A DNA stretch of 64,000 nucleotides from Patescibacteria group bacterium (GCA_019752815.1 JAIELQ010000003.1:18722-82721), one strand, 5' to 3'; positions 29,097 through 38,672 are shown, counted from the stretch's first letter. Numbers and translations are program-made. Notes: a model not told the origin generated them from the sequence alone.

Positions 29097-29257
29097 TAAA
29101 AGCAGAAATCCGCCTCAGGAGGCGGATTTCAAGGAAACAGTAACCAAATAGCACTATCTTAAAATCCCCCGCCTAGTGCGGATTCTAAATTAAGCAAGCA
29201 GAAACTACTCCAGGTGGTGATAGTGGCAGTGTTCTTCATAGTGTGATTATTGTAGCA
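29097..29257 (-). promoter_or_regulatory. Putative second leader-peptide attenuator
   Basis: TGcTACAAT -10; leader ORF 29239-29159 MKNTATITTWSSFCLLNLESALGGGF; segments GAATCCGC, GCGGGGGATTT, GAAATCCGCCTC, GAGGCGGATTTC then T-rich tail. Confidence 0.55.
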
Positions 29258-29693
29258 GATTGGGGTTGGGGGTGTCTAGGGTAAAATGATCATGATTGTA
29301 AACTTCAAGAAACTTTTTAACGGTCACAAACAGATTTAGTTCTAGGGCTTCTTCTTTTGTAACAAACTTAATATCCATACATTCAGTTGATGGAGTAAAA
29401 TCTAAATTCTCCACTTTTGTTTCAAACAAAACATTTGCCGTCCATGTTCCGTCACTATCTCTTTGGGTTGTTGTAAGGTAGGCCGGCTGTTCAGCTACTG
29501 AAATGACTTCTAGCCCCATCTCTTCTTTTACTTCACGCTTGATTCCCTCTTCAAAATTTTCACCCCAATCTAAACCACCTCCAGGCAACTCCCATTTTCC
29601 ATTATCTTCTTGAGCAAGTAAAAATTTAGTTCTCGTTTCGTCAAATATTAACGCTTTGACACTCAGGCGGTAGTAACCGTTTTTTATTTCCAT
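29247..29693 (-). CDS. NUDIX hydrolase
   Basis: WELPGGGLDWGE...REVKEEMG; start at MEIK, 7 nt after TATACT. Confidence 0.9.
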   Translation of the reverse strand: MEIKNGYYRLSVKALIFDETRTKFLLAQEDNGKWELPGGGLDWGENFEEGIKREVKEEMGLEVISVAEQPAYLTTTQRDSDGTWTANVLFETKVENLDFTPSTECMDIKFVTKEEALELNLFVTVKKFLEVYNHDHFTLDTPNPNLLQ

Positions 29694-29711
29694 GTTTAAT
29701 AGTATAGCAAA

Positions 29712-29927
29712 TGCTTGGGGCTTGGGGGCGGGCTCGGTCACGAGTTACTAACCATAATTTATACTTCGTATAAATTCTGCTAAGTACTCTCGACCCCGGC
29801 TCGGCTGTTTCGGCTCTAGGAAGAGCCGAAACATGCCTGTGCCTTTCGAGCCCGCCCCGGACGACGCGCAGGCGTCGTCCTCCCAAGCACATATGAAAAA
29901 ACTCCCCTAAAGGAGTTTTTTCATATG
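29712..29927 (-). repeat. tRNA-tail element behind tRNA-Phe
   Basis: Terminator, inverted tRNA 3' copy (29845-29889) split by a hairpin at 29859-29880, structured core, direct tRNA 3' copy (29720-29736). Confidence 0.8.
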
Positions 29928-30000
29928 TGCTTGGGGGCGGGCTCGAACCGCCGACCCCTTCCTCTTCAGGGAAATGCTCTACCAACTGAGCTACCCAAGC
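29928..30000 (-). tRNA. tRNA-Phe(GAA)
   Basis: GCTTGGG/CCCAAGC acceptor; TTTCC-CTGAAGA-GGAAG anticodon arm. Confidence 0.95.
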
Positions 30001-30112
30001 ATGATGTATTGATACTATTGCGGACTATTTTGGCATTGCGGCCTCAATTAGAACGTACCCGCCATTGTACCTGTTTCTTGATTTATTTCAACCAATAGTA
30101 CCAGCATCTCAA

Positions 30113-30406
30113 TTACTGCCCTTGGTACAATTTGAGCGCTTCTTGGAGCATTTGCATGTTTAGGTTACTTTGGGCGTCTCCACCAGTAAAATTGCCTAAA
30201 AAGGCATTATAGAGGTAATAGTAGGCAAATAGTGGCACACCGAGCAAAATCATGTACCAAACGACCTTAAACCAAAATTGCCTAATTTCGCGACGGTTTA
30301 TCGTGTTTAGAAGTTCGTTATTGGCCTTGAGTAATTCCTGGTTTTGCCTGGTGAGGGTCAAAATAGTTTCTTCAGTATCGTTAGTTTGGTTATTATCCGG
30401 ATTCAT
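30113..30406 (-). CDS. Small membrane protein
   Basis: Coiled-coil N-terminus plus one TM helix; TATACT 8 nt upstream. Confidence 0.7.
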   Translation of the reverse strand: MNPDNNQTNDTEETILTLTRQNQELLKANNELLNTINRREIRQFWFKVVWYMILLGVPLFAYYYLYNAFLGNFTGGDAQSNLNMQMLQEALKLYQGQ

Positions 30407-30453
30407 ATCTGTACAGTATACCAGAGCAAATTATGCTAAAATGCGCCGATTAC

Positions 30454-30525
30454 GCCCACATAGCTCAATGGATAGAGCTACTCCGTCCTAAGGAGAAGAT
30501 CCTGGTTCGATTCCGGGTGCGGGCA
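30454..30525 (+). tRNA. tRNA-Arg(CCT)
   Basis: TAGCTCAATGGATAGAGC D-arm; CTCC-GTCCTAA-GGAG anticodon arm; GGTTCGATTCC. Confidence 0.9.
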
Positions 30526-30730
30526 CGAGTACGCAAATTTAAAAAACACTTTTTCTAAGAAAAAGTGTTTTTTAAATTTAGAAAGCAAACAGTTTTGCTT
30601 TCGGCTCACTCGTGAGACAGAGTCATGTTTTCTCCTCCTTCCTAGAGGAGAAAACGGACGAGTCCGGGGAGGAAGTGCTTACTATAATTGGAACGAAGTG
30701 AACAATTTTAGTTAGCAACTTGACCCCACA
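30526..30730 (+). repeat. tRNA-tail element behind tRNA-Arg
   Basis: Long terminator hairpin, then a core homologous to the Phe core (CATGTTT..CTTCCTAGAG..AAAC..CGAG(T)CCGGGG..ACGAAGT..GTTAG.AACT..TGACC). Confidence 0.7.
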
Positions 30731-30789
30731 TGAACAGTAATTGATGTACTGAGTGATACACGATCATGATGTATCAATTCACAATCTAT

Positions 30790-31215
30790 TTACCGACTAT
30801 ATTCAGAAAAAGCTTTTCCTTGCTTGATTTGTACAAAGAGATTCTGTATTGGTGGGACAATATCGTCGGGTAAATTAGCGAGGTCGCACCATATTCCCTC
30901 ACTCGCCATTTCCGGCTCACCTACACCTGGTTCACCCTCCCACTTTGTCGCTTTAAAATAGAAGTTGACGTATTCATCTCGAATAAAGTCGACATGCAGA
31001 AATTCTAAATCTTCAGGATTAATACTGACACCAGCCTCCTCTTTTGCTTCTTTAATCGCTGACTCAATCACAAAATCTCCTTTATCAACATGTCCAGCAG
31101 GAACAGTAAGTAACCCATCTGACCAACCCGTATTAGCACGTCTCAGCATAAAGATTTTTCCGTCTTTTTCTAACACTATAAACACTGCTGTTCGAGTAAC
31201 GTGACGCTCTGACAT
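30790..31215 (-). CDS. NUDIX hydrolase
   Basis: PAGHVDKGD...KEAKEEAG. Confidence 0.88.
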   Translation of the reverse strand: MSERHVTRTAVFIVLEKDGKIFMLRRANTGWSDGLLTVPAGHVDKGDFVIESAIKEAKEEAGVSINPEDLEFLHVDFIRDEYVNFYFKATKWEGEPGVGEPEMASEGIWCDLANLPDDIVPPIQNLFVQIKQGKAFSEYSR

Positions 31216-31279
31216 AAAAAAATAAATTAAAAAATCTCAGAGAGAAGTCTCTAAGATTTTTCCAATAATCAATAATTAC

Positions 31280-31516
31280 TTACACTCCCAACAACTCTTT
31301 TACCTTATCTTCATCAAAACCTACCACCACATCATCACCGATGCGGATTACTGGAACTCCCATTTGACCGGTCATGTCTACCATTTCGGCTCGCTTGTCT
31401 AGGTCACTGGCGACATCATGTTCAGTAAAGGTAATATTGTTTTCGGCAAAAAAGTCTTTGGCCATGTGGCAGAAGTGGCAGACGGGAGTACTGTAGATGG
31501 TTACTGTTTTATCCAT
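31280..31516 (-). CDS. Glutaredoxin-like protein (NrdH/YruB type)
   Basis: YSTPVCHFC, GQMGVPVI, VGFD. Confidence 0.9.
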   Translation of the reverse strand: MDKTVTIYSTPVCHFCHMAKDFFAENNITFTEHDVASDLDKRAEMVDMTGQMGVPVIRIGDDVVVGFDEDKVKELLGV

Positions 31517-31560
31517 AAAAAAATTCGTTAAATAGCTAATTGATACTAGTATAGCAAACT

Positions 31561-31932
31561 TCACCAAAACTTGTACCAGGGTTCATCTTTGGTAGTTTGT
31601 GGCAGAGGTTCTATCTCAGGTTTCTTTTCTTCATCGAGAATAATCACCACCTGCTCACCAGGGCGAGCAACATCAAAGTTGCGTCGCATTTCGGCTTCAA
31701 TTCCCCGCTCATTGCTTAAGTACTCAACTTTTTTTTCGAGATCAGCTCGTCTGTCTTCGAGTTCTTGTAAATGTGCTTCGGCTTCCTCGCGTCTGGCGAC
31801 CATTTCTTGTTCAATGGTGTACCGTTGATACACAACTGACATCATAAATAAGATTATTATACCTAAAATCACTAACGCAATTGGTGAATGAAGCCAACCC
31901 CGCAGGGAACGTTTTTGATAGAATTGCAGCAT
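31561..31932 (-). CDS. Septum formation initiator (FtsB/DivIC family)
   Basis: TM helix, coiled coil, GIEAEMR...RPGEQV. Confidence 0.8.
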   Translation of the reverse strand: MLQFYQKRSLRGWLHSPIALVILGIIILFMMSVVYQRYTIEQEMVARREEAEAHLQELEDRRADLEKKVEYLSNERGIEAEMRRNFDVARPGEQVVIILDEEKKPEIEPLPQTTKDEPWYKFW

Positions 31933-31962
31933 GTGGTAGGATTATACCATCAAATTAATTAT

Positions 31963-32079
31963 ATGAGTTTTCTATATCACAAAAACACCAAGCGAGCGAT
32001 TAAGTATGTTTGGATTGTTATCGCGAGCCTTATTATTTTAAGTATGCTTTTTGCCTACTCAGGCGGCTCCGGAGTTTAA
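31963..32079 (+). CDS. Small single-TM protein (38 aa)
   Basis: MSFLYHKNTKRAIKYVWIVIASLIILSMLFAYSGGSGV; an ERIC-like element starts at its stop. Confidence 0.55.
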   Translation: MSFLYHKNTKRAIKYVWIVIASLIILSMLFAYSGGSGV

Positions 32080-32201
32080 ATTGTAATAATTTTGGCTGAT
32101 TACTTTGTTGACCTTCGCTAAATTATTCTCACCGTACAGAAAGTACGGCTCCAACAATTTAACTCGGTCGTCGCGTTCTCAACTCAAAATAATTACAATT
32201 T
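32078..32201 (+). repeat. ERIC-like palindromic element, copy 3
   Basis: Arms AAATTGTAATAATTTTG / CAAAATAATTACAATTT; core TCACCGTAC-AGAAA-GTACGGCTC. Confidence 0.8.
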
Positions 32202-32267
32202 CGTCTTCAACAAAAAACCATCACCTCGGCGACGGTTTTTTGTTTATTTGATAACTCCAAGAGCTTC

Positions 32268-32391
32268 AAATCGGGCTTATTTTGGTTCAGATACAAGGCG
32301 CGGAAAGAAAATAAGTGGAGCCGTACTTCTTGTACGGTGAGATATATTTTTCGAACGACAACAAAGCAGACGCTCAAAATTAATCGGATTT
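32268..32391 (-). repeat. ERIC-like palindromic element, copy 4
   Basis: Minus-strand core TCACCGTAC-AAGAA-GTACGGCTC; arm overlaps the last lepA codons. Confidence 0.8.
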
Positions 32392-34173
32392 CAACATTTT
32401 CATGAAGACTTCGGGGGATATATTCACCCGTGACTTCCCCAACTCCAGCGCCTTCTTCTTACCCTTCTTTTGTTTCTCAAGCAACTTCATTTTTCGCGTA
32501 ATGTCTCCACCGTAGAGGTAGCCGGTTACATCTTTACGAAGTGCTGAGAGTGAGCGTGAGGCAATAATTTTACCGCGCACTTTGGCTTGGATTTTAGTAG
32601 TGAACTGACTGCGGGGCAAGTTGTCATACAATTTATCTACCACTGCCCGAGCGTCAAATTCGGCCCGTCGTTCCCCTACTACACGGGAAAACGCAGTAAT
32701 CAGTTCTTCAGCAACCAACACATCAAGACGTACTACGGACGCTGGGCGCATCTCAGCAATTTCGTACGACAACGATGCATAGCCACTACTCGCGTTTTTA
32801 AGTTTATCAAAAAAGTTCCGCATTAGTTCGCGCAGCGGCATTTCCACCGTCACTAAATTACGTCCATCAGTTAACACTTCGGTTTCTAGAATACCGGCTT
32901 CATGATCAAACAGCAGCGTCATGATATTTCCGACGTGTTCTGGTGGTGAAATAATCTGTCCTAAAATCCACGGTTCACGAACGGTCACTTTTTCACCATG
33001 ATCAGGAAACCGCGAGGCAGCGTAAATTGATTCAACGGTACCGTTATCAAACGTAATTTCGTAGGCAATAGAGGGGGCGGTAATAATAATTTCTAGTGAA
33101 AATTCACGACGAAGACGTTCGGTTACAATCTCCAAGTGCAACATTCCCAAGAACCCACAGCGGAACCCCCGACCGAGCACCCCAGACGATTCTTCTTCGT
33201 ATGACAATGAAGAATCAGACAGTTTCAACCGATCAAGGGCCTGGCGCAAAATCGTAAAGTCGTCTTGGCTATCAGGGAAAATTGATGCCCAAACTACTGG
33301 TCGGGCTGGTGCGTACCCGGGAAGTGCTGGCGCTGGTTTTTTAACGAGGGTCAGGGTATCACCCACGTTTGCTACCCCCGGTTCCTTGATACCAGTGACG
33401 ATGTAGCCGATTTCACCAGCTCTAATACTGTCACACGGGACTTCACCTGGTGTCACCATCCCCACTTCAAGCACAGTAAAGCTTTTGCCCCCGGCTGCAA
33501 AACACAACACGTCACCTTTGCGGACCTCACCATCAAACACGCGCATAAACACAATCACTCCACGATGATTAGAATACGTGAAGTCAAAAATGAGACCACG
33601 ATAGGCATCGAGTTCACTTGGTCGCGGTGCCGGGATACGTTCACAAATGGCTTCGAGCAATTCTGGCACCCCTGCTCCCGTTTTACCCGATACCAACAAA
33701 ATATCTTCGCGTTTGCAACCCAACAGTGCAATCACTGAATCACCAATTTCGGTAGGACGTGAATGTCCCATATCGGTTTTAGTGAGGACCGGAATAATGG
33801 CGAGCCCCTGCTCTTTAGCCATTTGGAGGGTGGTTAGTGTTTGTGCCTGGATACCCTGGGTACTGTCAATCAGGAGAAGCACGCCCTCTACCGCTTTAAG
33901 GGCACGTGACACCTCGTACGAGAAGTCGATGTGCCCAGGGGTATCAATGAGGTTCAATTGGTACTCGACCCCGCCATGCATGTATTTCATGCGTACTGGC
34001 TGCATTTTGATGGTAATACCCCGCTCTCGTTCCAGTTCCATAGAATCGAGCACCTGAGCCTGCATTTTGCGTGCCTCAACGGTACGGGTAGTTTCGAGCA
34101 TACGATCAGCCAGCGTCGACTTCCCGTGGTCGATGTGGGCAATGATACTAAAGTTACGAATTGGTACGTTCAT
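32380..34173 (-). CDS. lepA: Elongation factor 4
   Basis: IRNFSIIAHIDHGKSTLADR, DTPGH, GFRCGFLGMLH, YGGDITRK. Confidence 0.97.
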   Translation of the reverse strand: MNVPIRNFSIIAHIDHGKSTLADRMLETTRTVEARKMQAQVLDSMELERERGITIKMQPVRMKYMHGGVEYQLNLIDTPGHIDFSYEVSRALKAVEGVLLLIDSTQGIQAQTLTTLQMAKEQGLAIIPVLTKTDMGHSRPTEIGDSVIALLGCKREDILLVSGKTGAGVPELLEAICERIPAPRPSELDAYRGLIFDFTYSNHRGVIVFMRVFDGEVRKGDVLCFAAGGKSFTVLEVGMVTPGEVPCDSIRAGEIGYIVTGIKEPGVANVGDTLTLVKKPAPALPGYAPARPVVWASIFPDSQDDFTILRQALDRLKLSDSSLSYEEESSGVLGRGFRCGFLGMLHLEIVTERLRREFSLEIIITAPSIAYEITFDNGTVESIYAASRFPDHGEKVTVREPWILGQIISPPEHVGNIMTLLFDHEAGILETEVLTDGRNLVTVEMPLRELMRNFFDKLKNASSGYASLSYEIAEMRPASVVRLDVLVAEELITAFSRVVGERRAEFDARAVVDKLYDNLPRSQFTTKIQAKVRGKIIASRSLSALRKDVTGYLYGGDITRKMKLLEKQKKGKKKALELGKSRVNISPEVFMKMLKSD

Positions 34174-34280
34174 ATAGATTAAATATGCCCCCACTTTACC
34201 CGAAAAACCTTCAAATTACTAGTCTTTTCAAATCTATCAGTGAACGTAAATTTTTCTTAAAAGCTGTTAATTAGCTCTTA

Positions 34281-34479
34281 GGTTGTCAAAAATGCTTCAG
34301 ATGCTAGGCGACCAGGAGCGATGACGCGAGCCGTACCTGATGCTTCTTACAGAAGCTGTTCAGGTTGTCGCTCTTTTTTCAAAAGAGCTGGCAACCTCTT
34401 GCGAAAGTCTCCCAAACTTTCTCACGGTGAGTGTCGTCGCGACGCAGGCAACAACGCAGATGAAGTATTTTTGGCGACC
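34281..34479 (-). repeat. ERIC-like element copy 5 with nested hairpin insertion
   Basis: TCACCGT...GTACGGCTC core split by about 85 nt of small hairpins; starts 2 nt after the murJ stop. Confidence 0.78.
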
Positions 34480-34481
34480 GA

Positions 34482-36158
34482 CTACAATAAATCGGGTTGA
34501 GGTGGGATTATCTCGCGTCTACGCAACCTCCCCTTCAGCGCCACGTAAATTTCATGCATTTCCGGTGAACCTAATAATCGATACGCAATTACCACACCCA
34601 GCAGCCCAAAGACACCAGCAACCGCGCCCTGGATCAATATACCCACAAAAGTATTTTGATTAACACCCTCCACCACAAACAGTAACGTAGCGTACGCAAA
34701 TAGTCCGCCGGTCACCGAAGCAACTACCGCAACGGTAAATGGTTTGGCTAAGCTACGCAACTCCATCCCAAATGTACGGCTCGCAAATATAAGCATTAGG
34801 ACCACCTCAATAATTACACCGAGCGCATACCCCAATGGAAGCATCAAAACCTCTGATCCAGCGACATTTTCCAAACGAAATAATTTTGTAAAAAATATTT
34901 GTGCATTCGGTGAGGAAATAAACCATACGTAAAGTCCATACGCAAACCCTCCTGAAAAAAGTGTTCCAATAAATGTCACGATAAGTGGCAACCGGGTAAA
35001 CCCGCCAGCATAAAACGCTCGCACAATCAGGAGCAAGATACTCTGTGCCAATAACGACACAACGAAGATTGCTAAGGCAGCGGCCGTAAGTCTGGTATCA
35101 GCCCAATCAAACGAACCACTACCGAGCAACACGCGAACTAACTGGGCCCGCAATACAATCACCAACACCACAACCGGCGTCGACCAAAAAATAACATGCC
35201 GCAAAGCAGTGAGTACGTAGGTATTAAACTCTGATTGTTTTTTATCCGCCAACAAGGACGCCAGCGTGGGAAACGCAGCCACTGAATAACTCATTCCGAT
35301 AATTGCTAACGGTACCGATTGTAAGTTATAGGCAAACTGGAGCACTGCCACAGACCCTACCGACATAGTAGTAGCCATCATCACCAGGACCAAGAGCATC
35401 ACCTGACTCAATGAAAGCGTAATTGCTCTCGGTATTGCAACTTGAGCAATAGACCAAATTGTTTTTCTGTTAATAGTAGTTGTAATACAAAAGCGTAAAT
35501 TACTAGTATAGACAAGCGGTAATTGGATAGCACAATGGAATAGCGCCCCAATAACTACGCCGTAGGCTAATCCAGCAATACCAAATACCGGATACAAAAA
35601 AGCCGCGCCAATAATAATTCCGATATTGTACAAAAGCGGAGCAAAAGCATAAATAACAAATCTATGCCCTATCTGAGTAACCACACTGAGTAAACTTGAA
35701 ATCCCTAAGAGTAGTGGTTGCAACAAGAGAATTCGAAGCAGCATCACCGCCTCTGCTTGCGCTTCAGGAGAAAAACCTGGAAACAAATAACTCGAGAGTA
35801 ACGGTGCAACCACAAAGGTAATACCCGCTATCAACACATACCCTAAAAGGAAGAGGGTGAACATCTGACTCAGCACCGCTTGAGCTGCCTGATTGCTTTC
35901 AGTTTGAGCTCTCGTAACGAATGGCAAGAGTACATACACTGACAACACAGAAGCAAACAAGACGAACAGTAAATCTGGGATTCTGAATGCCGCGTAATAG
36001 ATATCGAGTTCTGTTCCCGCCCCAAATTGACTCGCCAGTAACCGATCCCTGACAATCGCCAAAACTTGCGAAGCCAAGGCAAAAAGTGCCAACACGTACG
36101 CCGCTTGGTGCAAGCCGCGAATTTCGCGATAAAACAAGTTCAGAACACGCGTAACCAT
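34482..36158 (-). CDS. murJ: Lipid II flippase MurJ
   Basis: RDRLLA..FGAG..LDIYYAAFRIPD, many TM helices, RAFYA. Confidence 0.92.
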   Translation of the reverse strand: MVTRVLNLFYREIRGLHQAAYVLALFALASQVLAIVRDRLLASQFGAGTELDIYYAAFRIPDLLFVLFASVLSVYVLLPFVTRAQTESNQAAQAVLSQMFTLFLLGYVLIAGITFVVAPLLSSYLFPGFSPEAQAEAVMLLRILLLQPLLLGISSLLSVVTQIGHRFVIYAFAPLLYNIGIIIGAAFLYPVFGIAGLAYGVVIGALFHCAIQLPLVYTSNLRFCITTTINRKTIWSIAQVAIPRAITLSLSQVMLLVLVMMATTMSVGSVAVLQFAYNLQSVPLAIIGMSYSVAAFPTLASLLADKKQSEFNTYVLTALRHVIFWSTPVVVLVIVLRAQLVRVLLGSGSFDWADTRLTAAALAIFVVSLLAQSILLLIVRAFYAGGFTRLPLIVTFIGTLFSGGFAYGLYVWFISSPNAQIFFTKLFRLENVAGSEVLMLPLGYALGVIIEVVLMLIFASRTFGMELRSLAKPFTVAVVASVTGGLFAYATLLFVVEGVNQNTFVGILIQGAVAGVFGLLGVVIAYRLLGSPEMHEIYVALKGRLRRREIIPPQPDLL

Positions 36159-36164
36159 AGGTTG

Positions 36165-38672
36165 TTATGGCTGTATATCAGTAGTAGGTGTTGATTCCGC
36201 TTCTTCCGTTCTGGCAGGAGTCGTATTTACCGGCGAGACTACTTCACTATCTGGAACCTCGTTGGTTGTCGTCACTTCATTTTGCGTGGTTGCGGCGGCT
36301 CCGTCTGAAATGTTTGTCTGTGGAGTTGTGGTAGCAGCTCCTGTAATACTGCCATCATTAATACCGTCGATAAATTCTGTCACGGCTGTGTTATCAGGAT
36401 TTAGTTCCCGTACCACCTCTAAATCTGCCAACGCAGCAGCCTTATCACCCTTAACAACATACTGCTGTGCTCGGAAGTAACGAGCATTGGCATAGGTGGT
36501 ATTTAACCTAATTGCCTCACTAAAGGCTGCGATAGCTGCATCAGCATTTGCTGTTGCGCTATAGAGCACACCGAGCTGGTAGTAACGGCCAGGATTATTT
36601 GGTTCAAGCGTTACCATCGCCTGGGTAGTAATGAGCGCACTTTCAATATCTCCGGCATTGATATCAATCTGCGTTAAGAAATTAAGCGCATCGGTGTAAT
36701 TTGGTTTTAACTGGAGCGATAACATCGCTAACCTGCGAGCTTCATCACTGTTTCCATCTCGACTTTCCATGTATGCTTTTTGTAGTACGTAGTATGGATT
36801 GCGAGGATCAAGAGCTTCGGCTCTGGCATAACTTTCAAAGGCTCGCTCTTTTGAACCTTCAATTTGCAAGAGTGTCAGTGACGCGTAGATATCCCCCAGC
36901 ACTTGCCAATTGCGCGCATCGGTTGGTTTTTGAGTTACTGCTTCAGTACTGGCATTAAGGGCGTTAGCTATTGAAGATTGAAATTGCTGCTCCTGCTCTG
37001 GAGTTGGATTTGTCAGTGAGAACAGGCTCGTCACATTGTTAAGCTGATAATTAGCTAACGTTCGTGCATACAAATCTGTTGGGTGAAGTTCGTAGGCGCT
37101 GGCAATCCGATTAGTTATCACAGCGACCGCTGCGCTATCGTTTGTAGTAACGCCTGAAAGCGCCGTACTGAATTGATAGGCAGCTTTAAATTGCTGCGCT
37201 GCACCGTACCCCACCAAAAGCGTGGCAATAATAAATGCCATAACAGAAGCAATGAGCACAAAACCAGTTCTACTGTTGCTCAAAAAGTTATACTTTCGAG
37301 TCGAGATTGGTGACAATTCATAACTAGCGAGCACCATAATTCCGGTGGTAACCGCACCAAGAATAAGAACTGTTGGACCAGGCACATACACAAATGCCAG
37401 CACCCAAATATACACTGAGGAAACAAATGAAACAGTACCAATAAAAAACCAAAATGTATCAGTGGCGGCATTTTGCAAAAGCATTCGCACTCCCCGAACT
37501 AAAAATAGTCCCATAAACACTAACCAAGCGAGACCTCCAGCGACACCACTTGTTATAAACCATGTTGGCACATACCCCGCAGCAGCATTAAATGATGTAT
37601 TCCAAAAAACTGTATTGTTAATTTCGACATCTTTGTACAAATTCCACACTTCAGCAAAACGATTTGGACCAGCTCCGAGCAGTGCATTCTCAGCATAGGT
37701 CTGTCTCATTACATCAAACGTTGCACTAAATGACGGTCTGATTTCGATATAGTTGATACCGGTTGCATTTGACCACCACGCACCTACACTACTCCCCGCA
37801 ACGAGGAATAATGCACATACAATACACACGGTGCCTACAAGCACACTTTGCGTGAGCAGCATCGGTCGTGGATGTACCAACGCGTCGTGTGGCACACCAA
37901 ATCGGTCTTTGGTGAGGATGTACATAAGAACCAATAAACTAAAGGCTCCAATTAATATCCAAAGGAAGAAGAAATTTACACTTACCAACACACCGAGGGC
38001 GAGCACTAAAATTCCTCCAATGATAAGCAGTCCCTTTTTAGGTAGTTCCAATTGGGCCAAGGCCACGAGAGAAACGAGTACCAGCAATCCTGCCAAAATA
38101 CCCAGGTCGTTAAAAGATCCTACTAAGGTATCGGTAACAGCCCGCATTACACCCAACGATAGGAACTCTGGACCAGCTATAATTCTTGCAAACAGCAGAA
38201 CCGCAGAGACAATGACACTGACCACTACCGATCCATACACAACGAGCACTGCTCGTTTGGAGGTACCAAGCGTCATCATCAGGCTCATTACCAAACCAAG
38301 CAATCCTAAAAAGCCAACGGTATGGATTTCGAGCGCATCACCAAAAAAAGCATTTCTGACATTAGGAGACAGCAGTGCGGAAACTGCGCTCACCGCCACG
38401 AGGAGCCACCAACTGAGTATCGGCAGTGACGGACGAAATGTCAGCGACCCGGTGCGGAGCACATGTAAACTAAAGAAAAAACCAGAAATAAGACAGAAAA
38501 AGATGAGAAGGAATGTCTTCGGGAACATCGATACTCCGGCTTGAGCAGGAATAAAGAATAACGGCACCAACATTACTCCTGCAATCAAACAAATCTGACT
38601 TGCTCGTCGCAAAAGTCTGCCGACACGATCTGGCTTATTCGGTAACTTTGGTACAAATGTCGCTGTCTCCAT
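36165..38672 (-). CDS. Polytopic membrane protein (O-antigen-ligase-like) with C-terminal TPRs
   Basis: About 13 TM helices, LLGAGPNRF motif, TPR repeats (LKPNYTDA, YANARYF). Confidence 0.75.
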   Translation of the reverse strand: METATFVPKLPNKPDRVGRLLRRASQICLIAGVMLVPLFFIPAQAGVSMFPKTFLLIFFCLISGFFFSLHVLRTGSLTFRPSLPILSWWLLVAVSAVSALLSPNVRNAFFGDALEIHTVGFLGLLGLVMSLMMTLGTSKRAVLVVYGSVVVSVIVSAVLLFARIIAGPEFLSLGVMRAVTDTLVGSFNDLGILAGLLVLVSLVALAQLELPKKGLLIIGGILVLALGVLVSVNFFFLWILIGAFSLLVLMYILTKDRFGVPHDALVHPRPMLLTQSVLVGTVCIVCALFLVAGSSVGAWWSNATGINYIEIRPSFSATFDVMRQTYAENALLGAGPNRFAEVWNLYKDVEINNTVFWNTSFNAAAGYVPTWFITSGVAGGLAWLVFMGLFLVRGVRMLLQNAATDTFWFFIGTVSFVSSVYIWVLAFVYVPGPTVLILGAVTTGIMVLASYELSPISTRKYNFLSNSRTGFVLIASVMAFIIATLLVGYGAAQQFKAAYQFSTALSGVTTNDSAAVAVITNRIASAYELHPTDLYARTLANYQLNNVTSLFSLTNPTPEQEQQFQSSIANALNASTEAVTQKPTDARNWQVLGDIYASLTLLQIEGSKERAFESYARAEALDPRNPYYVLQKAYMESRDGNSDEARRLAMLSLQLKPNYTDALNFLTQIDINAGDIESALITTQAMVTLEPNNPGRYYQLGVLYSATANADAAIAAFSEAIRLNTTYANARYFRAQQYVVKGDKAAALADLEVVRELNPDNTAVTEFIDGINDGSITGAATTTPQTNISDGAAATTQNEVTTTNEVPDSEVVSPVNTTPARTEEAESTPTTDIQP

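Noticed and set aside
29641-29985. 114-aa ORF
   Set aside because: It reads through tRNA-Phe and its repeat tail, so it is spurious.
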